Assembly (NCBI GenBank): GCA_965262915.1
Contig: OZ253564.1
Coordinates: forward strand, 1,536,001 to 1,600,000
Length of the DNA stretch: 64,000 nt
Reading direction: 5' to 3'
Source of the DNA: Candidatus Spongiisociaceae bacterium
GTDB lineage: Bacteria > Actinomycetota > Acidimicrobiia > Spongiisociales > Spongiisociaceae
The notes beneath the pieces were generated by a model. It saw only the letters and a program-made list of their open reading frames with translations, was not told where the DNA came from and did no database searches. Below are positions 10,128 to 19,150 of the stretch, in pieces; the first letter of the stretch is position 1; the number at the start of each line of letters is the position of its first letter. Both the position numbers and the translations under genes were made by a program.

Positions 10128-10993
10128 GCCGAACCGTCCGCCCACCTCTCCAATAGCAGGTGGATGGCCCAGTTGCCGCCGTCTCCCCATGACTCGGTAG
10201 CGGCTCTCACCTCGGACTCCGGTAACAGCTCGTCGACGTCCGCCACGTACCGTGAGACGGCTTTGCGGACTCCCAGATCACCTGCCGCTATGGCGTCGGG
10301 TCGGGCCAGGCAACGCGCCAGGAACCACTCGGCGGTCCAGGTGCCCAGGCCTCTCATCGCCACGATCCGTCGGATCACCTGCTCGTTCGTGTCGTCTTCC
10401 AGCCCGTCCAGTTCTCCCGCCATGAGGGACCCTGCCAGGCCGACGATGTAGTCGGACTTGCGGGTGGTCAGCTGCATACCCCGGATCTCGGCCGGGTCGG
10501 CGGCGGCCAGTGTTGCGGCATCGGGGAACCGCCACACCCGGACCGCTTCCAGTTCCACGGGTCTCCCGTACCTCTCCACCAGGCGGTTGAGGGTCACGGC
10601 GGCCCAACGCATGTTGACCTGCTGGGAGCAGATGGCGGTTACCAGCGACTCGGTGACCGCCGGGTTCATCGACGGGCGGTACCCGGGCGAGCGCCGGAGC
10701 TGGTCGGCGACCGGGGGGACCCGGCCGGCCAGTTCCCACAGGGGTCCGACCGGCAGCGTCTCGCCCAAGCGGTACTGCGACTCGGCCACCGCCACGCCGA
10801 GGTCGCGCCGCGCCCCGACCTCGATGTCGCCACCGGCCAGCCGGCGGATGCGGTACGGGACGCCGGTGGTGGTCGTCCGGTACAGATAGCCACGGGAGAC
10901 TACGTTCAGCAGGTTCGGCCCCTGGCGGGCGTAGCGGGCGATCGAGGGGGAGAGGTCGAGCGGGGAGCGAGGAGTCCAGCAGGCTACCTTCAC
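10121..10993 (-). CDS. AlkA-like DNA-3-methyladenine glycosylase (HhH-GPD)
   Basis: AICSQQVN, FPDAATLA, MRGLGTWTAE, AAGDLGVRKA. Confidence 0.9.
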   Translation of the reverse strand: MKVACWTPRSPLDLSPSIARYARQGPNLLNVVSRGYLYRTTTTGVPYRIRRLAGGDIEVGARRDLGVAVAESQYRLGETLPVGPLWELAGRVPPVADQLRRSPGYRPSMNPAVTESLVTAICSQQVNMRWAAVTLNRLVERYGRPVELEAVRVWRFPDAATLAAADPAEIRGMQLTTRKSDYIVGLAGSLMAGELDGLEDDTNEQVIRRIVAMRGLGTWTAEWFLARCLARPDAIAAGDLGVRKAVSRYVADVDELLPESEVRAATESWGDGGNWAIHLLLERWADGSAQ

Positions 10994-11742
10994 GCCCCGA
11001 CCAGACGGGAGGCGGCAGCCTCATCCACCAGCCAGGTGATCGGGGCCTCCCCTTCCATGAGGCGGCGGGCCGGGAGCGGTGTGTCGCCCGTCGGTTGCAG
11101 TACCTCGGCCAGGGCGGGCGCCTTGGACTGTCCCGACACCAGCACGTAGATCTGTCTCGCCCGGTGAACCAGCGAGTACGTGGCCGTGACCCTCCAGGCT
11201 TGTTTGGCCTCCACCCGGTCGGCAACGTACCAGCTGTCGGTCTTGTCGAGCGTGGGCGATCCGGGGAACAGGGAGAGCGTGTGCCCGTCCCCTCCCATCC
11301 CCACCACCACGAGATCGGGTCGGGGTCCGCCGGCATCGTGGGCCATCGCTTCGAACAGATCCTTCTCGTAGACTGCCGCGGCCCGGGCCGCGGACCGGCC
11401 CTCCTTCCACGGCACCCGCAGGAATCGGGCATCCGTTCCGTCCAGCAGGAGCCGGCCGATCATGGACCCGTTGCTGTCCTCGTGGTCGGGCGGTACGTAG
11501 CGTTCGTCACCCACCCACGCGCAGACCCGCCCCCAGGGCAGGTCCATGGTGGCGAGCCGCCGGTAGGTGGCGGCCGGCGTCGAGCCGCCTGCCATCGCCA
11601 CTGTGACGGTGCGCGATCCCCGGGTCTTGGTAGCGTGCTCCCGTATGAACGCGGCGATCAGATCGGCTGCACCCAGAGCCAACCGGGTGGGGTCGGCGAA
11701 TACCACCACATCGGCGGGACCGGATATGCGGGGTCTGTCCAT
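10990..11742 (-). CDS. pgl: 6-phosphogluconolactonase
   Basis: AGGSTP, GDERYVP..H.DSN, GMGGDGHTLSLFP, RVTAT. Confidence 0.93.
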   Translation of the reverse strand: MDRPRISGPADVVVFADPTRLALGAADLIAAFIREHATKTRGSRTVTVAMAGGSTPAATYRRLATMDLPWGRVCAWVGDERYVPPDHEDSNGSMIGRLLLDGTDARFLRVPWKEGRSAARAAAVYEKDLFEAMAHDAGGPRPDLVVVGMGGDGHTLSLFPGSPTLDKTDSWYVADRVEAKQAWRVTATYSLVHRARQIYVLVSGQSKAPALAEVLQPTGDTPLPARRLMEGEAPITWLVDEAAASRLVGA

Positions 11743-11790
11743 GGGCCGGCACATTACCGGCGCGGTGTACCGACCCGCCAAACCCGTGTG

Positions 11791-12447
11791 ATGGCGCGGC
11801 CGGTTGCGATCCGCTGGGACGACCGGGTGGTGACCGGGCGGTGGACGCGCCCCCGACAGCCTTCGGGTACCGCGGTGCTGCTGGCCCACGGAGCCGGGGC
11901 CGGTCAGGACCATCCGGGGATCACCGCCATCCGCGACGGACTCGTGGGGAGGGGTCACCCGGTCCTCACCTTCGACTACCCCTACATGGACGCCGGCAGG
12001 AGGTTCCCTCCCGACCGCCGCGACGTCCTGCTGGCGTGCCACCGGGCTGCGGCGGCGTGGCTGCGGCAACGATCCCCCCGGTTCGTCATGGCGGGACGCT
12101 CCATGGGAGGGCGCATGGCCTCCTATCTGGCCGCGGCGGGAGAGCCCTGCGCCGGGCTGGTCCTCTACGCGTACCCGCTCCACCCGTCCGGTAGGCCGGA
12201 CCGCCTCCGAGCCGACCACCTTCCGGAAGTGGGGGTGCCCATGCTCTTCTTCACTGGAAGCCGGGATTCGATGGCCCTGCCGCATCTGGTGGATCGCTGG
12301 ATCGTCCCCCTGGAGGGGGCCACGATCGAGATCATTCCCGATGCCGACCACGGGTTCCGGGTACCGAAGCGCAGCGGCCGTACCCGCGAGCAGGTGATCG
12401 ATCGGGCGGTGGCTCGGACCTCGGAGTGGATCGCCGCCCTGGAGTAG
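11791..12447 (+). CDS. Alpha/beta hydrolase (KANL3/Tex30-like)
   Basis: LAHGAGAG, GRSMGGR nucleophile elbow, YPLHP, GSRD, ADH. Confidence 0.88.
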   Translation: MARPVAIRWDDRVVTGRWTRPRQPSGTAVLLAHGAGAGQDHPGITAIRDGLVGRGHPVLTFDYPYMDAGRRFPPDRRDVLLACHRAAAAWLRQRSPRFVMAGRSMGGRMASYLAAAGEPCAGLVLYAYPLHPSGRPDRLRADHLPEVGVPMLFFTGSRDSMALPHLVDRWIVPLEGATIEIIPDADHGFRVPKRSGRTREQVIDRAVARTSEWIAALE

Positions 12448-12910
12448 GCGGTGCCCGTCGCGGGAGCGGCAGAGCATGTTGGGGCGGCTGAATCCGGCGT
12501 GCTCCCGCCTCCCCGACCACTCACTCCGACAAGGGGGTTGTCCCTGTCACATGCGTGCGGCATATTGATAGGTACCAAACACCCGGGACCGCTACCGACC
12601 GAAGGGACCAATGCGCTACGCAAGATCCCTTGAATCGGGGTTCAATCCGGGGTTGTGTTCGTGGCAGCCCGAACCGTAACCGAATCACACCGACATGACT
12701 TCAACCTGGATCCACCGACGGGGGTGAAACGCCGGGGAGGTGGATACATATGGAAAGGCCTCGTTTTTCAGCATTCTCCTAGCCAACCGCCTCGTAGGCA
12801 TCCTTCCACGGCTGCCTCAAACACCGAACCCCCTACAACGAACACACAGCCTGGGCACACCGAACTACTGCCAGCCAAGCCGCAGCTTGACATTTACGCT
12901 CCTGGGGTGT

Positions 12911-12959
12911 CTGACACCTGAGACCTGAGACCTGAGACCTGAGACCTGAGACCTGACAC
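12911..12959. repeat. Heptamer tandem repeat (CTGASAC)x7 directly after the rpiB stop codon
   Basis: CTGACAC-(CTGAGAC)5-CTGACAC read directly. Confidence 0.95.
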
Positions 12960-13403
12960 CTAGCGGGTCTCCTCCAGCCGTGCGATCTTGGCGATGCGCC
13001 GAAGGTGGCGCGCTTCGCCGGAGAAGGCGGCCTCCAGGAAGGTCCGTACCAGCTCGATGGCGACGTTCTCCCCGATCACGCGGGCCCCGAGGCACAGGAT
13101 GTTGGCGTCGTCGTGTTCGACGGCCTGGTGGGCGGTGTAGTTGTCGTGCGCCAGAGCGGCGCGGATGCCGGTCAGCTTGTTGGCTGTGATGGCCGCGCCC
13201 GCCCCCGAACCACACACCACGATGCCTCGCTCGGCCTCGCCGGAGCGTACCGATTCGCCGACCGCCACCGCGAAGTCGGGATAGTCCACCGAGTCGGTGG
13301 AGTGGGTACCGAGGTCGATGACATCGTGCTCAGCCCCCAGAGCCCGGGCCAGGGTTTCTTTGAGCGGGTAACCGGCGTGGTCGGCGCCGATGGCGACTCT
13401 CAC
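12960..13403 (-). CDS. rpiB: Ribose-5-phosphate isomerase B
   Basis: GADHAG, DYPD, CGSGAG, ANK, HDDANILCLG, RHLRR. Confidence 0.95.
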   Translation of the reverse strand: MRVAIGADHAGYPLKETLARALGAEHDVIDLGTHSTDSVDYPDFAVAVGESVRSGEAERGIVVCGSGAGAAITANKLTGIRAALAHDNYTAHQAVEHDDANILCLGARVIGENVAIELVRTFLEAAFSGEARHLRRIAKIARLEETR

Positions 13404-13524
13404 TTCGTTCCTCCTTGCAGGAGCGAGAATAGCGCCATCGCGATGCCGACACCCGACCATCGGGATCGACCGAGGCGACGAGGGGCCGATCCGCCCGGGG
13501 CGCCGCCTCTAGAATCGCAGCGCA

Positions 13525-14313
13525 ATGGCGCAACTCCATCTCCGCCCGTTGGGCTTCGGCGGAATGTTCGAAGCATCCGTAACGATCTACCGGAAACGGT
13601 TGTGGACGTTGGTCACGACGGCCACGGTCCTGGTGCTTCCCTACGCGGTGCTGCACGCCTTCCTGGCCGAGCCGGTGCCGGTGCTGCCGTCGGAGCCCAC
13701 CCCCGAGGAACTGCGGGACATTCTCACCGCATTGGGACCCTGGATGCTGATCCGGCTGTTCATCGCGACCGTCATGTTCGCGGCCGTCATCAGGACGGTG
13801 GTCGAGACCTATGTAGGGATCGAGTCATCGTGGCAGCGCTCGACGGTGGCGGCGATCAACCGGCTGCCGGCCCTGGCAGTCGTCACGGTCCTGTTCTGGT
13901 CGGGGACCATTCTCGGGTGGATGTTCCTCCTGATTCCCGGCATCTTCCTGCTCGTTTCCTGGAGCGCCTGCCTTCCGGTCCTGATAATCGAGGGTGCCGA
14001 TCCCGTTTCCGCGATGCTTCGTTCGTGGCGGATGACGTCCGGGAGGCGCTGGTCCCTATTCGGCGCCCTGGTCGTGGCGTCGCTGCTGGTCTTCCTCGCA
14101 GGTACCCTCGCCTACATCGTGGCGGGCGCGGTGCTGGTCAGGTTGCAGGGGGACTTCGGGTTGCTGCTGGCGTCCGAGATTGCATGGGTGCTGGTCCAGC
14201 CCTTCATCGGCGTGGTGCTTGGCGTGCTGTATCTCGATCTTCGGGTACGCAAGGAGGATCTGGACTCCGACTGGCTGTCCCTACAGCTCGCGGCCACCTC
14301 CTTCGATCAGTAG
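13525..14313 (+). CDS. Multi-pass membrane protein; paralog of 58938..59705
   Basis: MAQLHLRP... start and YLDLRVRKE end shared with the paralog; hydrophobic helices. Confidence 0.8.
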   Translation: MAQLHLRPLGFGGMFEASVTIYRKRLWTLVTTATVLVLPYAVLHAFLAEPVPVLPSEPTPEELRDILTALGPWMLIRLFIATVMFAAVIRTVVETYVGIESSWQRSTVAAINRLPALAVVTVLFWSGTILGWMFLLIPGIFLLVSWSACLPVLIIEGADPVSAMLRSWRMTSGRRWSLFGALVVASLLVFLAGTLAYIVAGAVLVRLQGDFGLLLASEIAWVLVQPFIGVVLGVLYLDLRVRKEDLDSDWLSLQLAATSFDQ

Positions 14314-14504
14314 GCGACGCCGCGCCTCGGAGGGTGCTGAGGCCCCCCGCCGGCCCGACGGTCGATGACGAAAGGCCACGTCAGCGAACGACCGGCCAAC
14401 CATCTTCACTGTCGCTCAGGATCCTCCTAGAATGGGAGTGGCCGGAGCCGGTCGAGCACTCTCGTAAGAGGTGCTGTATTGATCCTTGCGGGAGCGATCC
14501 GCCC

Positions 14505-14792
14505 ATGAGCAGCACGGAAACCGTGGTAACCCTCAAGCCCCCGGGCCGTAGTGACGAGCCCGGTCGGGTCGACCTCGACCTGCTCGACGACACCCTGGAG
14601 TACATCCGCCCCGCCCTCCAGTACGACGGCGGCGACTTGATCCTGCTCGGGGTGGAGGAGGACGGGACCGTGAACCTCCACCTGGTGGGGGCGTGCAGCG
14701 GGTGTCCCATGTCGATGATGACGCTCACATCCGGAATCGAGCGCATCCTCATCGACCGCGTCCCCGGCGTCACCTCCGTCAACGCCACTTGA
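14505..14792 (+). CDS. NifU/NfuA-like Fe-S scaffold domain protein
   Basis: IRPALQYDGGD, GACSGCPMS (CxxC). Confidence 0.92.
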   Translation: MSSTETVVTLKPPGRSDEPGRVDLDLLDDTLEYIRPALQYDGGDLILLGVEEDGTVNLHLVGACSGCPMSMMTLTSGIERILIDRVPGVTSVNAT

Positions 14793-14835
14793 GTTGGCTG
14801 CACACGGTCCCGGCGCGCCGTAGTGGGTCGCCCGA

Positions 14836-15656
14836 TGGTGGATAGGCGCTCGACCCACCGTCTCGATCCGGCCGAGTGCGTCCAGGCTGCCAGGGCCGGT
14901 GACCGGCGCGTCCTGGCCCGGGCGATCAGCGCAGTGGAGGACGACGCACCCGGAGCGCGGGTCCTGCTGAGAGCGTTCTCCTCACTCGCCGCAGGAGTCC
15001 CGCGGATCGGTGTCACGGGGGCGCCCGGTGTCGGCAAGAGCACCCTGGCGTCGGGGTTGATCTCGACGATCCGGGAGAAGGGCCACACGGTGGCGGTGAT
15101 CGCAGTGGATCCGTCGAGTCCGCTGACCGGCGGAGCGATCCTGGGTGACCGGATCCGGATGCAGGAACATGTGGGCGATCCCGGCGTGTACGTCCGATCG
15201 ATGGCCGGCCGTGGTCACCTCGGTGGGCTCTCGGCGGCGGTTCCCCAGGTCGCCGAGGTGCTGGATGGGGCCGGTTTCGGGACCATACTCATCGAGACGG
15301 TCGGGGTGGGGCAGTCGGAGGTGGAGGTCATGCACCATGTCGACTCGACAGTGGTGGTGGTGACCCCCGGTTGGGGGGACAGCATCTCGGTCGGCAAGGC
15401 GGGCCTGATGGAGATCGGCGACATCTTCGTGGTCAACAAGGCGGACTACGCGGGCTCGGCCCGCACCCGTCGCGATCTGGAGACCATGCTGGCGATGGGT
15501 CCTCAGCATTCGTGGCGACCTCCGGTGGTCGAGACGGTGGCCACCGAAGGGACGGGTCTGGCCGGGTTGTGGGAGTCCCTCGAAGCCCACGCCGCCCACC
15601 TGGCCCCGGCCGGTTCGCAGAGGCCCGCGGATCGGTTGCCCCGAAACCGCATCTAA
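14836..15656 (+). CDS. meaB: MeaB/ArgK methylmalonyl-CoA mutase-associated GTPase
   Basis: GAPGVGKST, AVDPSSP, GDRIRM, ETVGVGQSE, NKAD. Confidence 0.9.
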
Positions 15657-15685
15657 CCTGTCCGCGCGCATACGGAGGAGTAGTC

Positions 15686-16453
15686 GTGGAACTGGTCTCC
15701 TACAAGACCGAGGGTGCGGTCGGAGTCATCGAGCTGGACCGCCCGCCGGTCAACGCCCTTTCAACCCGGTTGGTGGAGGATATCGACGAGGCGATCGGCC
15801 TTGCCTCCGATCCCGCCATACGGGCGGTGGTCATCACCGGGCGTCCCCACTTCGCGGCGGGGGCGGACATCAAGCGGTTCAGAGTGGCCCACGAAACCGG
15901 TGCGAAGGCGTTGGAGGGGCTTCGGCTCGGCGAGGCCACCCGGCGATTGGAGCAGTTGCCCAAACCGGTGATCGCGGCGGTGTTCGGCTACGCCCTGGGC
16001 GGCGGCCTGGAGCTGGCCATGGGAGCGGACTTCCGTTACCTGGCCGAAGATGCCAAAGTCGGCCAGCCGGAAATCCGTCTCGGCATCATCCCCGGCGCGG
16101 GGGGAACGCAGCGCCTTCTTCGCCTGGTCGGCTTCAACCGGGGCAGGGAGCTAGTCTACTCGGGCCGCCACATAGGCGCTGACGAGGCATCGGCCATCGG
16201 GCTGGCCGACAAGGTCTTCCCGACCGACGGGTTGTTCGACGCTGCCATGGCCGACGCGGCCAGGTACGCCTCCGGACCCTCCGTGGCGCTCGGTATGGCG
16301 AAGCGGGCCATCAACGAGGGTTGGGGCCGCCCGATCGACGAGGCGTTGGCCATCGAGGCCGAAGCGTTCGACGAGGCCTTCCCGAGCGATGACGCAAAGG
16401 AGGGAGTCGCCGCCTTCCTCGAGAAGCGCAAGGCACAGTTCGGCGGCTCGTGA
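15686..16453 (+). CDS. Enoyl-CoA hydratase/isomerase family protein
   Basis: FAAGADI, ALGGGLELA, GQPEIRLGIIPGAGGTQRL. Confidence 0.93.
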   Translation: MELVSYKTEGAVGVIELDRPPVNALSTRLVEDIDEAIGLASDPAIRAVVITGRPHFAAGADIKRFRVAHETGAKALEGLRLGEATRRLEQLPKPVIAAVFGYALGGGLELAMGADFRYLAEDAKVGQPEIRLGIIPGAGGTQRLLRLVGFNRGRELVYSGRHIGADEASAIGLADKVFPTDGLFDAAMADAARYASGPSVALGMAKRAINEGWGRPIDEALAIEAEAFDEAFPSDDAKEGVAAFLEKRKAQFGGS

Positions 16454-16809
16454 GCCCGCTCCGGACCGCGGCGATAGCGGCCGCCTTCCTGATCTCGGTG
16501 GCCGCGTGCGGATCCCCTGAGAGCCCCGAAGGGTTCGACGGGTCGCTCGACTGCGGTGAGGGGGCGTGGTCGCGGACGGTGGAGTACGAGCGGGATCACG
16601 AGGGTGCTCGGACCCCGTACGACGCCATGGTCGAGTGGTCGCGCGTCTACCGCGACCACGGCCACCGTATCCATGTGGAGAGTTCCCGCACCGGCACGGT
16701 GGTGGTGGACGGTACGGAGATCGCCTTCATGAGGGTGATCGAACTCCCGACCGAGACGTTCGAGGTGGTGGAGAGCAGCGGATGCGAAGGATTCGAGCCG
16801 GCCTCCTGA
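16450..16809 (+). CDS. Small lipoprotein
   Basis: Lipobox VAAC-G; GTGA overlap with the upstream gene. Confidence 0.7.
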   Translation: MSPLRTAAIAAAFLISVAACGSPESPEGFDGSLDCGEGAWSRTVEYERDHEGARTPYDAMVEWSRVYRDHGHRIHVESSRTGTVVVDGTEIAFMRVIELPTETFEVVESSGCEGFEPAS

Positions 16810-16881
16810 CCGGGTCGGGCGCCCACCGTCCAGCAACCGGGTTCACGCGGACGCCGCACAAGCGCTAGCACAATGACAGCT

Positions 16882-17113
16882 ATGCCGAATGTGTTGGTTC
16901 GTGACTTGCCCGGACGACGTGCACAGCCGTCTCGTTGATAGAGCAAGAGCGGGAGGGCGATCTCTGCAGCAGTATCTGGTTGTCGAGTTGACCCGGATCG
17001 CGCGAACGGTCAGCCTGGAAGAGTTCATCACCAGGATCGAATCCAACCGGGGAGTAACGGTCGGCCTGGCACGAGCTGTCGACGACCTGGACGGAGTCCG
17101 CCACCCGGAATGA
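16882..17113 (+). pseudogene. FitA/VapB-like RHH antitoxin with an apparent +1 frameshift
   Basis: ATG16882 gives MPNVLVRDLP; the continuation DDVHSRLVDRARAGGRSLQQYL is in another frame (extra C at 16909-16911); alternative ATG at 16889. Confidence 0.75.
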
Positions 17114-17505
17114 TCGTCGTTGACGCTTCGGTGCTCGCCAACGTGGTAGCTGATGACGGTCCCGACGGTACTCGAGTGCGCCATCTGGTCGTCAGCAACG
17201 GACCGGTTGCCATGCCGGACCTGGCGGACATCGAAACGATGGCCGTATTACGCAAGCGATGGATCGGAAAGACGATCACTACGCAACGCTTCGCGGCGGC
17301 GGTCGGCTACCTCGCAGCACTGCCGTTCCGACGTTACCCGGCCCACGCGTTCCTGCACCGGATTCATGAACTTCGTTTCGACGTCACAGTCCATGACGCG
17401 GTCTACGTCGCGCTCGCGGAAGCCCTCGGATGCGACTTGGTGACAGCCGACGCGCGCCTAGGCAGGGCGTCCGGTCCCCGTTGCCCCATCCGGGTGGTTG
17501 CCTGA
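17110..17505 (+). CDS. VapC family PIN-domain toxin
   Basis: MIVVDAS, ...IETMAVLRK, HDAVYVALAE, LVTADARL; ATGA overlap with the antitoxin. Confidence 0.92.
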   Translation: MIVVDASVLANVVADDGPDGTRVRHLVVSNGPVAMPDLADIETMAVLRKRWIGKTITTQRFAAAVGYLAALPFRRYPAHAFLHRIHELRFDVTVHDAVYVALAEALGCDLVTADARLGRASGPRCPIRVVA

Positions 17506-17506
17506 G

Positions 17507-17947
17507 CTAGGGGTTGTTCTCGATTCGATGCTTCAACGCCGCCAGGTTGGCTCGCCAGATACGGGCCAGGATCAGCCTGCCCACCCGGGCTCCCAGCGGA
17601 CCGCCGAAGAACCACGGAAACCGTATGCGTTCCCGCCAGGCGAGGCGAGTCCGGCCGGGTGCCGGTGAGGACATCTCGAACCGCCCTTCGCCCGTGAAGA
17701 GGCCCAGATGGCGTCCGGCCACCAGCCGCATGGGTTCGACCTCGGTGATCTCGAACCGGTCGACCGTGCGGAACGGCCCCACCCGCGTCTCGATGATCAG
17801 CACCGTACCGACTCCCTCATGCTGCTCGCCCTCGAACCGGATGGCGCGGGCATCCCTCATCCACTCGGCATGCGAGCCGAAGTCGATCGCCTCGGCCCAA
17901 ACCCCCTCCACCGGAGCGTCGATGTCGATCGAGACCGAACTCCCCAT
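17507..17947 (-). CDS. SRPBCC family protein
   Basis: SIDIDAPVEGVW...HAEWM pattern; C-terminal helix NLAALK. Confidence 0.8.
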   Translation of the reverse strand: MGSSVSIDIDAPVEGVWAEAIDFGSHAEWMRDARAIRFEGEQHEGVGTVLIIETRVGPFRTVDRFEITEVEPMRLVAGRHLGLFTGEGRFEMSSPAPGRTRLAWRERIRFPWFFGGPLGARVGRLILARIWRANLAALKHRIENNP

Positions 17948-17972
17948 ATCGGGAGAGTATGGCCGGCCGGTC

Positions 17973-18409
17973 CTACTCCAGAACAGGGTCCACGACCTCC
18001 AGGAAAGGGAAGCGGTAGAAGTCCTTGTCGCGGGTGCAGATACGGCTGACACCGTGTTCTCGCATCAACACCGCTGTATGAAGGTCATGGATCAGGCTGC
18101 TTCGGATGTGAGGCAGTTCCGACAAGGTTCGGGTCAGCACCGCCTGATGACGGTCTGTTGCGCTCAGCAACCGGAATCCGCCGGACAACAGCAGGTTCCG
18201 GATGAAGTTCCAGGCATCTTGCGGACTCCAGGGTGACTCGTGGGTTCGAGGGTGGGTTACTACCCTCAGAAACTCGTAGCATATGCTCCATGTCATAAAC
18301 GTCGGTGATGGGTCCTTCCCGGCTTGATGGAGGCGACGGCGGCAGAGGTCATGGGCTCGGAACGTTGGTCTGTCGCGTAGACGAGTACATTGGTGTCGAA
18401 TACGAGCAC
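17973..18409 (-). pseudogene. VapC/PIN toxin with a 1-bp deletion frameshift
   Basis: GTG18409 VLVFDTNVLVYATDQRSE, then the shifted frame HDLCRRRL...YEFLRVVTHPR...HDLHTAVLM...TRDKDF; break near 18353-18356. Confidence 0.85.
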
Positions 18410-18418
18410 TCTCCTGCC

Positions 18419-18679
18419 CTACATCCTGTAGAGCTTCTCGCGGTTGGAGCCGGCGTCCAGCACCTCGTATAGCTCCTCGCGGTTGGCCACATCGACCAAC
18501 GCCCCGCCGCTGTCCCAGGTGGGTAGAAGTAGAAGGTCCGCCTGTTCATCGGGAAGCGAGGGTTCGAGAATGTGCCGGAGTCCTTCCTCCACCAATGCCG
18601 ACACGGTCGTATCGCGCCGAGATGCTTCTTCGCGTAGTTGCCGCGCAAGGCCATCGTCGATTTCAAGGGTTGTCTTCAT
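18419..18679 (-). CDS. VapB-like RHH antitoxin
   Basis: MKTTLEIDDGL...TVSALVEEGLR; directly upstream of the PIN gene. Confidence 0.88.
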   Translation of the reverse strand: MKTTLEIDDGLARQLREEASRRDTTVSALVEEGLRHILEPSLPDEQADLLLLPTWDSGGALVDVANREELYEVLDAGSNREKLYRM

Positions 18680-18721
18680 AGCGATAACATACGCAATATA
18701 TGATCACCTGTCAACTGTGCT

Positions 18722-18901
18722 CCGAAGGTGGGGTGATCGGATTCTCGGAGTAGCCGGTCTGATGCACACGTCCGAGCGGGTGACTCTCCGTGTCAGCACC
18801 CTCCTCGGTGATCGCGTACTGCGTGTGGTTGTGAACACTGATGCTGTCCCTGGTGGGTGGTCAGCGTGTTCTTTGATCGCAGAATGAGAGGCATGTTATG
18901 A
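18722..18901 (+). pseudogene. Remnant of a DUF4258-like (RelE/BrnT-fold) toxin
   Basis: GDRVLRVVVNTDAV then shifted WVVSVFFDRRMRGML*; stop overlaps the DUF2283 ATG; 5' boundary approximate. Confidence 0.65.
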
Positions 18902-19098
18902 AACTCAACGTCGACAGGGAGGCCGACGCCCTCTATCTACGCCTGGACGAGTCTGCCATTGTCGAGTCCGAGGAGGTCTCTCCGGGAGTGGTGCTCGACT
19001 ACAACCGGCGCAACGAGGTTGTGGGCGTTGAGATGCTGAATCTCTCCAAACGTTCATTCACGCTGGACCTTTCTTCCCTGCAGTTCGAGACGGTTTGA
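18898..19098 (+). CDS. DUF2283 domain protein (putative antitoxin)
   Basis: DREADALYLRL...SEEVSPGVVLDY...VVGVEML. Confidence 0.88.
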   Translation: MKLNVDREADALYLRLDESAIVESEEVSPGVVLDYNRRNEVVGVEMLNLSKRSFTLDLSSLQFETV

Positions 19099-19150
19099 CC
19101 ACCGACCGATTGTCGGTCACCTACCGCTGACCACCTGCGACAATCGGGCC

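Noticed and set aside
12450-12900. c-di-AMP riboswitch suggested by GCTGAATCC at ~12487
   Set aside because: The remaining conserved elements were not found in order, and no suitable downstream gene is present.
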